Assembly: GCA_044222475.1 (NCBI GenBank)
Contig: JBGANF010000118.1
Coordinates: 1-23,924 of the forward strand
Direction of reading: 5' to 3'
Length of the DNA stretch: 23,924 nt
From: Polyangiaceae bacterium
Lineage (GTDB): Bacteria > Myxococcota_A > Polyangia > Polyangiales > Polyangiaceae
This document shows positions 17,368-23,924 of this stretch, one piece after another; the first letter of the stretch is position 1; each line of letters begins with the position of its first letter. Both the position numbers and the translations under genes were made by a program. The notes beneath the pieces were generated by a model. That model was given only the letters and a program-made list of their open reading frames with translations. It was not told the DNA's origin and did not search any database.

Positions 17368-18200
17368 GCACGGCCCATGCGCGACCTTCCGACTGGGCCG
17401 GAGCCCGCGGCGAACAGTGGCGCGCGCACGTCCTCGACATGGAAGCGATGCTCGCGCCGCTCGACGAGCCGCTCTTCCTCGCGTTGGACGTCACCTCACC
17501 CGCTCGCATCGCGGACCTCGGCTGCGGCGGCGGGGGTACCGCGCTCGAGCTTTCCCGTCGCGCTCCGGCCGGAAGCCGAGTCCATGGCTTCGACGTCTCG
17601 GCGAGCCTCGTCGCGTTCGCGCGTGCGCGGCCCGACGCGCACCTCGTCACCTTCGACGTCGCCGACGTGACGACCGCCACGGGGACCGCCCCGTACGACC
17701 GCATCGTCTCGCGCTTCGGCGTCATGTTCTTCGACGAGCCCGACGCGGCCTTCGCCAACCTCGCCCACTGGCTCGCACCGGGCGGACGCTTCGCGTTCGC
17801 GGTGTGGGGACCCGTTCACGAGAACCCATGGTTCACCGTCGTGCGCGACCACGTGGCCGCGGTGACCGCGCTTCCCGCGCCGCGGCCGGAGGCCCCCGGA
17901 CCGTTCCGGTACGCGGACCCACCCACGTTGCTCGCGCTGCTCGGTCGCGCCGGCTTCGTCGACCTCGACGTGCAACGGTGGCGAGGCCCGCTTCCGTTCG
18001 GCGATCGCCTCTCGCCCGAGGCTGCCGCGCACTTCGCGCTCTCGTCGTTCTCGTCGTTCGGCGACCTGCTCGCGAAGGCGGGGAGCTCCGCATTCGACGA
18101 TGCGCACCGATCGTTGACGTCGTCCTTCCATCGTCACCGGCGAGACGGCGAAGTCCGACTCGATGCGAGCGTCCACATCGTGACCGGTGCGAAGCGCTGA
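17364..18200 (+). CDS. Class I SAM-dependent methyltransferase
   Basis: IADLGCGGG, YDRIVSRFGVMFF, LAPGGRFAF and PGPF. GTGA start/stop overlap with the DUF2938 gene. Confidence 0.9.
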   Translation: MSTAHARPSDWAGARGEQWRAHVLDMEAMLAPLDEPLFLALDVTSPARIADLGCGGGGTALELSRRAPAGSRVHGFDVSASLVAFARARPDAHLVTFDVADVTTATGTAPYDRIVSRFGVMFFDEPDAAFANLAHWLAPGGRFAFAVWGPVHENPWFTVVRDHVAAVTALPAPRPEAPGPFRYADPPTLLALLGRAGFVDLDVQRWRGPLPFGDRLSPEAAAHFALSSFSSFGDLLAKAGSSAFDDAHRSLTSSFHRHRRDGEVRLDASVHIVTGAKR

Positions 18201-18220
18201 CGCGGTACTCTTCGCCCGAG

Positions 18221-19090
18221 ATGGACATCCACCAGCTCAAGACGTTCGTCGCCGTCGCTCGCGAACGCAGCATCACGCGCGCGTCGGAGATCCTGCACTT
18301 GAGCCAGCCGTCGGTGAGCGCGCACATCAAGGCGATCGAGGACGCGCTCGGCCTCGAGCTGTTCGAGCGCACCGCCCGAGGAATGAGCCTCACCGCCGAG
18401 GGTGAACGCCTCCTCGCCAAAGCGGAGGGAACGCTCGCGGCTCACCGCGACCTCATCGACGAGGCAACGCGGCTCAAGGGCCGCGTCGCCGGAAAGCTCC
18501 GGCTCGGCGCCGGCAGCAACTCGAACCACGAAGCCATCGGTCGACTCCTGACGAAGCTCTCCGAGCTCCACCCCGAGCTCGACGTCGCCCTGAAGCACGG
18601 CACTTCGCTGGAGATCCTAGCGGGCATCCGCAACGGTACCTTGGACGCCGGGCTCTACAACGAAGCTGGCGAGCCCGACGCGGATCTCGCCACGCTCGAG
18701 GTGTCCCAATTTGGGATCTTCGTCGTCGCCGCTCCGGGCCTCGTGAGCACGTCCGAAGCTCTCGACTGGAGTGCGCTCGCGGCGATGCCGTGGGTCTATC
18801 CGCCGGCCAGCGCGTGCTGCGGCCGTACCGCCGAGGGCTTGTTCCAGGCGCACCGCATCCGACCCAAGCGCATCGTCAGCGTCGATCGCGAGGACGTCAC
18901 CCGAACACTCGTCGCCAGCGGGATCGGCGTCGGTCTGTTGCACGCCGACACGATGAAGGTCGCTCATGCCCGCGGCGAGGTGGAGCCGATCTTCCAGGCC
19001 CCGGGCCGCGTGCGAGCGCTCTTCGCGCATCTGGCCAGCCGGGCGGAGGATCCCGCGTTGCTCGCGGCGACCTCGATCCTGCGGGCGTAG
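18221..19090 (+). CDS. LysR-family transcriptional regulator
   Basis: MDIHQLKTFVAVA..SITRASEILHLSQPSVSAHIKAIEDALGLELFER. Confidence 0.95.
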   Translation: MDIHQLKTFVAVARERSITRASEILHLSQPSVSAHIKAIEDALGLELFERTARGMSLTAEGERLLAKAEGTLAAHRDLIDEATRLKGRVAGKLRLGAGSNSNHEAIGRLLTKLSELHPELDVALKHGTSLEILAGIRNGTLDAGLYNEAGEPDADLATLEVSQFGIFVVAAPGLVSTSEALDWSALAAMPWVYPPASACCGRTAEGLFQAHRIRPKRIVSVDREDVTRTLVASGIGVGLLHADTMKVAHARGEVEPIFQAPGRVRALFAHLASRAEDPALLAATSILRA

Positions 19091-19126
19091 CGCGGCCACT
19101 TCCAGCAACCGTGATATCCCAGAGAA

Positions 19127-19729
19127 ATGCGCGCCCTCGCACTACCGTTCATCGTCGCGTCGGTGATCAGCACCGCGTCGCTGGCCCACGCCGACGAAGC
19201 GCCTCCTCCTCCCCAGCCCGACGCTCCCGAGACGATCACGGTGAAGCTCGACTCGAACCGCGAAGGCACGCTCCTCGAGCGGCGCGCGAACCGCGTCCGC
19301 GGATGGCAGCTCACGCTACCTCTGCCGTCGTACGTCGTGACGGAGCAGTGGGAGCCCGTCTGCTACGCGCCCTGCGTGGCGAAGCTCGACGCGAACTCGA
19401 TGTACAGCATCGGCGGCGCGAGCGCGGCGTCGTCGAGCACGTTCGGGCTGCCGCGCGGTCACGATCCGCTCGTGCTCCACGTGCACGCGGGCTCGTCGAT
19501 CGCGTACACGGTCGGCATCGTCACGGCGATCCTCGGGGTCGCGAGCACGCTCACCGGCGGAGCCATCGCGCTCGCTGCGCTGACCGACGCAGACCCCGTC
19601 GCGACGCAGAGCTTCCGGTACTCCGGCTTCGGTCTCCTCGCCTCTGGCGTCGTCGCCACCGTCGTCGGGGTGGTCCTGTGGGTCGTGAACCGGACCAAGG
19701 TGTTGACCGAAGACGGTCGCGCGCTCTGA
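19127..19729 (+). CDS. Hypothetical exported membrane protein
   Basis: Signal peptide (AHA-D), C..PC motif and two C-terminal TM helices. Confidence 0.75.
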   Translation: MRALALPFIVASVISTASLAHADEAPPPPQPDAPETITVKLDSNREGTLLERRANRVRGWQLTLPLPSYVVTEQWEPVCYAPCVAKLDANSMYSIGGASAASSSTFGLPRGHDPLVLHVHAGSSIAYTVGIVTAILGVASTLTGGAIALAALTDADPVATQSFRYSGFGLLASGVVATVVGVVLWVVNRTKVLTEDGRAL

Positions 19730-19739
19730 ACCGACGCGG

Positions 19740-22379
19740 CTACTTCAGCGAGTGCAATGCCTGCCAGACCTGACCGCCCAGACCGGGCTGGTTGTCGGGC
19801 AACGTGAAGTCCCACCCGTCGGCCGTGTTGGATCCTTGGCCGCCCTTCGGGTTGCAGCTCAGGTCCTGGAACTTGCGGGGGACGTAGTTGAAGGGCGTGT
19901 AGTCCGGCGTCGACGTGAAGAGATCGATCGGGAGCGGCGCGTCCGCGATCGTCGTCGATCGGTACGGCTTGCCGTAGATGTCCGAGAAGAGCTTGTGGAA
20001 GCTCGACAAGTGATAGTGCGCGTGGCTCACGTAGCCGCGCTTGACCCACGGCGACGCGACGAGCGCGATCGACCGATGGATGTCGACGTGATCGGCGCCT
20101 TGCGACGGGTCGTCCTCGACGACGACGATCAGGCTGTCCTTCCAGAACGGCGAGTGGCTGATCGCGTCGACGTACATCCCGGTGCCTTCGTCGTTGGTGG
20201 CGATCAGGAGCGCCGGGTTCGGTCGCCCGGCGGCGAAGCCGAACGTGTGATCGTTGACGAGCCAGCTGTAGCTGAAGTCCTTCGAGTTGCACATCACGCG
20301 CGCGCGCCACGCGATGTAGCAGGCGCTGAGCGTGTCGGGCGTGGTCCCGTCGGTCGTGCCGCCGGGCCACTGCGGATCGCGGAACTGCAGCCCGCCGACG
20401 AACTCGCCTTGGTTGTCGAACGTGATGCCGCTCTTGTCGAGGAACTGGAAGAGGTTGCCCTCGGCCGGGGTCGTGTCGCCGCCGACGCCTGGCGTCGAGG
20501 TCACGCCGAACTGACCGCGGCCCCAGATGTTGAGCCATCGCCGCTCGGTGTAGTCGGTGCTTCGCCCGAACACGGTCCACGCGTGGCCCTGAATCGATTG
20601 CTCCGAGTCGATGTAGTAGTTGTCGAGGTGCACGAACGACTTCGCGATCGCGAACGCGTTCGGCCAGATGTCGTCCATCTTGCCCGGCGCGAGCACGAGC
20701 GACGGGTCGCCATCGGCGCCCGGGCGATCCCCCATGATGCCGTCGTACGTCTTGTTCTCGCGCACGATGAAGAAGACGTGCTTGATGTACTTGCTCGCGC
20801 CGTCCTCGGGCTTCTCCGGGATCGGAAAGTCGTACGGCGCGCCCTTGCAGTCGACCTTGGAGTAGCCGTCGAGCTTGGCGACCTGGTTCTGCTTGTCGAC
20901 CGTTGCCGTGCCGGCGGTCAACGTTTGGCCGTCGGGGTAGGGGATCGCCTGGATGCTTCCCCCCATGCGCTTCGCCGCGTCGAGCTCGCCGCCGAGGCTC
21001 GGGTTCGGCTTCGGGTCGTTGCCGATGCCGTGACCGCGACCGTTGAGGACGAACAGCGTGCCGTCGCTCGGGTCGACGCTGACGCCGGTCGGCCACCACG
21101 CCGTCGGGAGCATCCCGGCGGGGACGATCGACGGCGTGGCCGTGTCGACGTCGAACGCGGCGATCGCGTTCTGCGCGGCGAGCGTCACGTAGAGGCGCTT
21201 CTTCACCGGGTCCCACGCGAGCGCCGTCGGGCTCGGGCCGTTGGTCGGGCTGACCTTCACCTCGAGAGCGACCTTCGCCGCCGGGCGATCGACGAGCGAC
21301 AGCGTGTCGGAGAGCGAGTTGGCGACGACCGCCCAACGCGCGTCGAGGAAGACGATCTGCTCCGGTTCTTTCCCCACCGGGATCGTCTTGGCCGAACGAC
21401 CGGCGACGTCGATCTGGAGGAGCCGCATCACGTTGGCGTCGTCGAACGTGACCGTCGTCGTCCAGAGCGTGGCGTACGCGGTGTTCCCGGTGGGATCGTT
21501 GGGATCGAACTGGAGGTCGTAGAGGTCCTTGCCGCCCGCGTCGATCGTTCCGAGCTGTTGGCCGTAGTTTCCGTCTTCGAGCCCGATGACGAAGATCGGC
21601 GTGTCCTTCGACTGTCCGACGAGCATGACCTTCTCGTCCGGTGAGATCGCGATGCCCGACGGGAGCGTGTCCTTGGGGAGCTTGATGTCCTTTGCAGCGT
21701 TCGCGGTGAGCTTGCCGGTCGTCTCGTCGAAATCGAACGCGAGCACACTCGCGGCGCTGACGCCGCTCGACGCGAAGAGGAGCTTCTTCGTCTTCAGGTA
21801 CGCGATGCCCCAGTTGATGGCGGCCGGCGGGTCGTACGTGATCCGCGCGACCTCGGGCGTGCCGGTGCCGGTCTTGAGCGCATCGGTGTCGATGACGCGA
21901 ACCGACTGCTTGCCGTAGCCGTAGTCGTTGATCGCGAGCCAGCGCGTGCCGGGGATCCGAATCTGCGTCGCCGGGAAGCCTCCGTCGTTCTGGAAGAGGA
22001 GCTCCTTGCCAGCCGGGTCGAGGCGGCGGCCGTCGGGGAGGACGATCGGCTTCTGGGTGATCTGCGCTTTCGCCAGCGCATCACCGGTCGGATCGGTCGC
22101 GACGCACTTCCCTTGCTGCGGCGTGGGGAACGTCTTTCCGTCGAACGAGCCGCACTCCGGCGCGTGCGGGATCGCGTTCCAGTCCCCGAGCGCGGGGCAG
22201 ACCCACGGCTTCGTCGACTCGGCGCAGGTCGGATCGCAGGCGAGCGAGCACGACGGCTTCTCCTTGATCGTCGCGAAGTAGTCGTCGGGCGCGGGGAGGG
22301 GCGGCGCCGGATCCGGAGTCGAGCTGCACGCCGCCGGAATCAACGCGAGGACGGGGAACGAGAGGAAGCGCCAGCGCAT
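19740..22379 (-). CDS. Lipoprotein: YncE/YVTN-like beta-propeller plus phosphoesterase (alkaline-phosphatase-like) domain
   Basis: Lipobox-like PAAC and propeller repeats (PSGIAISPD, IPVGKEP). Phosphoesterase motifs IKHVFFIVRENKTYD, NDH, EDD..G.DHVD.HR and SPWVKRG. Confidence 0.88.
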   Translation of the reverse strand: MRWRFLSFPVLALIPAACSSTPDPAPPLPAPDDYFATIKEKPSCSLACDPTCAESTKPWVCPALGDWNAIPHAPECGSFDGKTFPTPQQGKCVATDPTGDALAKAQITQKPIVLPDGRRLDPAGKELLFQNDGGFPATQIRIPGTRWLAINDYGYGKQSVRVIDTDALKTGTGTPEVARITYDPPAAINWGIAYLKTKKLLFASSGVSAASVLAFDFDETTGKLTANAAKDIKLPKDTLPSGIAISPDEKVMLVGQSKDTPIFVIGLEDGNYGQQLGTIDAGGKDLYDLQFDPNDPTGNTAYATLWTTTVTFDDANVMRLLQIDVAGRSAKTIPVGKEPEQIVFLDARWAVVANSLSDTLSLVDRPAAKVALEVKVSPTNGPSPTALAWDPVKKRLYVTLAAQNAIAAFDVDTATPSIVPAGMLPTAWWPTGVSVDPSDGTLFVLNGRGHGIGNDPKPNPSLGGELDAAKRMGGSIQAIPYPDGQTLTAGTATVDKQNQVAKLDGYSKVDCKGAPYDFPIPEKPEDGASKYIKHVFFIVRENKTYDGIMGDRPGADGDPSLVLAPGKMDDIWPNAFAIAKSFVHLDNYYIDSEQSIQGHAWTVFGRSTDYTERRWLNIWGRGQFGVTSTPGVGGDTTPAEGNLFQFLDKSGITFDNQGEFVGGLQFRDPQWPGGTTDGTTPDTLSACYIAWRARVMCNSKDFSYSWLVNDHTFGFAAGRPNPALLIATNDEGTGMYVDAISHSPFWKDSLIVVVEDDPSQGADHVDIHRSIALVASPWVKRGYVSHAHYHLSSFHKLFSDIYGKPYRSTTIADAPLPIDLFTSTPDYTPFNYVPRKFQDLSCNPKGGQGSNTADGWDFTLPDNQPGLGGQVWQALHSLK

Positions 22380-22398
22380 CCCCGAAGCTTACGCCAAT

Positions 22399-22839
22399 TC
22401 AGCCCGTCGGCTTTGCTTGACGTGACGCGTCGCGGGCGAGCTCGAGCAGCCAGCGCTTGTCCTCCGGGTCCTTCGCCAGCGCCGCCGCTCGCTTGAACGC
22501 ACTCGCGGCTCCGCGGAAGAGCGCTTGCGCACGCCGGCGCTTGGTCGGCGCATCGGTGCGCACGCCCACGAGCTCGCACGTCTTCGCCAACGTCGTCCAC
22601 GCGGACTTCGAGTCGGGCGCCAGTTCGGTGGCCTTGGTTGCATAATACAAAGATTTGGCGGCCGATCTTCGGCGCGCCCAGCCGCGCGACAGCTCCTCGG
22701 CGACCGAGGCGGTTTCGCTCGCGACCCCGGCCTCACACGCGAGCCCATAGGCCGACTCGAGCTTGGCTACCGCGCCTTTTGCGTCACTCTTGAGGATGGC
22801 GGAGGCTTCTTTGACGAGTTGGCCTAGATCAGCGCGCAT
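22399..22839 (-). CDS. Hypothetical alpha-helical (TPR-like) protein (146 aa)
   Basis: Start MRADL lies 8 nt after TAAGAT. YATKATELAPDSKSAWTTLA is TPR-like. The upstream part of the 484-aa track ORF is the antisense shadow of the FIST gene. Confidence 0.7.
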   Translation of the reverse strand: MRADLGQLVKEASAILKSDAKGAVAKLESAYGLACEAGVASETASVAEELSRGWARRRSAAKSLYYATKATELAPDSKSAWTTLAKTCELVGVRTDAPTKRRRAQALFRGAASAFKRAAALAKDPEDKRWLLELARDASRQAKPTG

Positions 22840-22896
22840 GACGGAGCATCTTACGCCACTTGCGCGGGCCGGCCGATCGATGATGCACTGGGAGTG

Positions 22897-23924
22897 ATGC
22901 GCATCGAGCAGCTCGACTGGACCTCGGCTCCGACCGACGCGAGCGGCGATGCCCACCTGGTCCTCGCGTTCGCCGGCTCGGAGGTGCTCGCGCGGCGCGA
23001 CGTCTACGCCGAGTGTCGCGCCCGCTTTCCCACGGCGCACATCCTCGGCTGCTCGACCGCGGGCGAGATCCAGGAGACGCACGTCCGCTCCGAGTCGGTC
23101 AGCATCACTGCGGTTCGTTTCGATCGCAGTCGCGTCGAGAGCGCGAGCGTGGAGCTCGCCGGCCCGGCTGGCTCGTTCGACGCCGGACGCGCCCTCGCCG
23201 CGAAGCTCACCCAGCCCGACCTCGTGCATGCCTTCGTCCTCTCCGACGGGATCGACGTCAACGGCACCGAGCTCGTGCGTGGCGTCATCGAGGGCCTTCC
23301 GCCTCACGTCACGGTTTCGGGCGGGCTCGCGGGCGATGGCGAGCGCATGGCGAAAACGCTCGTCATCGCGGATGCACCCGGACGTGCCGGGATCGTTGCC
23401 GCGGTCGGACTGTACGGTTCGAACCTCCGCGTCGGCTGCGGGTGCCGCGGCGGCTGGGATCCGTTCGGGCCGGAGCGCCTGATCACGCGCTCCGAGGCGA
23501 ACGTCCTCCACGAGCTGGACCACGCATCGGCGCTCGAGCTCTATGGTCGCTACCTCGGGCCCCACGCGGCGGGGCTCCCGGCCACTGGGCTTCTCTTCCC
23601 GCTGAGCGTGCGGGCACCGGGAGACACGAAGAGCGTCGTTCGCACGATCCTCGGCGTGGATCACGAGCGACAGAGCATCACGTTCGCCGGTGACGTGCCG
23701 GTGGGACACTACGCGCGATTGATGAAGGCAAACTTCGATCGCCTCATCGACGGAGCGAACGCAGCTGCGTCGATCGCTCGCGAGCGAGCGCGCGGCCCAG
23801 TCGAGCTCGCGATCCTCGTGAGCTGCGTCGGGCGTCGGCTCGTACTCGGTCAACGGGTCGAGGAGGAGATCGAGGGCGTTCGAGAGATGCTCGGCCCAGG
23901 CGTCATCACCGGCTTCTACTCGAA
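22897..23924 (+). CDS. FIST signal-transduction protein (3'-truncated by window end; not in ORF track)
   Basis: GGGAG RBS, then MRIEQLDW..ILGCSTAGEI..VLSDG..SGGLAGDG..GGWDPFGPERLITRS..VSCVGRRLVLGQRVEEE..GFYS. Confidence 0.92.
   Translation, partial: MRIEQLDWTSAPTDASGDAHLVLAFAGSEVLARRDVYAECRARFPTAHILGCSTAGEIQETHVRSESVSITAVRFDRSRVESASVELAGPAGSFDAGRALAAKLTQPDLVHAFVLSDGIDVNGTELVRGVIEGLPPHVTVSGGLAGDGERMAKTLVIADAPGRAGIVAAVGLYGSNLRVGCGCRGGWDPFGPERLITRSEANVLHELDHASALELYGRYLGPHAAGLPATGLLFPLSVRAPGDTKSVVRTILGVDHERQSITFAGDVPVGHYARLMKANFDRLIDGANAAASIARERARGPVELAILVSCVGRRLVLGQRVEEEIEGVREMLGPGVITGFYS

Noticed and set aside
22840..23853. N-terminal 338 aa of the 484-aa minus-strand ORF
   Set aside because: It is antisense to the clearly recognisable FIST gene.

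Overview
High-GC bacterial chromosomal window. It is probably Myxococcota/Polyangiales, inferred from the Asp-Ala-Gly-linker lipoproteins, a eukaryote-like Ser/Thr kinase and a C-terminal PYR motif. The left half holds two lipoproteins, a SAM methyltransferase, a Cu(I)-type P1B ATPase (copA), a Ser/Thr kinase fused to cNMP-binding and CRP-like domains, a TerB-like protein, an orphan PAS-GAF histidine kinase and a di-iron ferritin-like protein. A tmRNA gene (12385-12737, tag ANDNAIALAA) is followed by a probable accessory block. That block contains a dense GC-hairpin/REP-like direct-repeat array, a YrhB/Imm35-like gene and a RAYT/IS200-like HUH tyrosine transposase. The transposase promoter is embedded in a palindrome, with a (GCGGAA)n tract further upstream. 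The right half holds GNAT, DUF4169, a Cys-rich lipoprotein, DUF2938-methyltransferase-LysR, a beta-propeller/phosphoesterase lipoprotein and a partial FIST gene missing from the ORF track. Two further patterns stand out. About ten genes have a TAnnnT box 6-9 nt before the start codon, suggesting leaderless expression. A 15-bp repeat ends two unrelated genes exactly 1400 bp apart. Family assignments come from motif recognition by eye, not from database searches.
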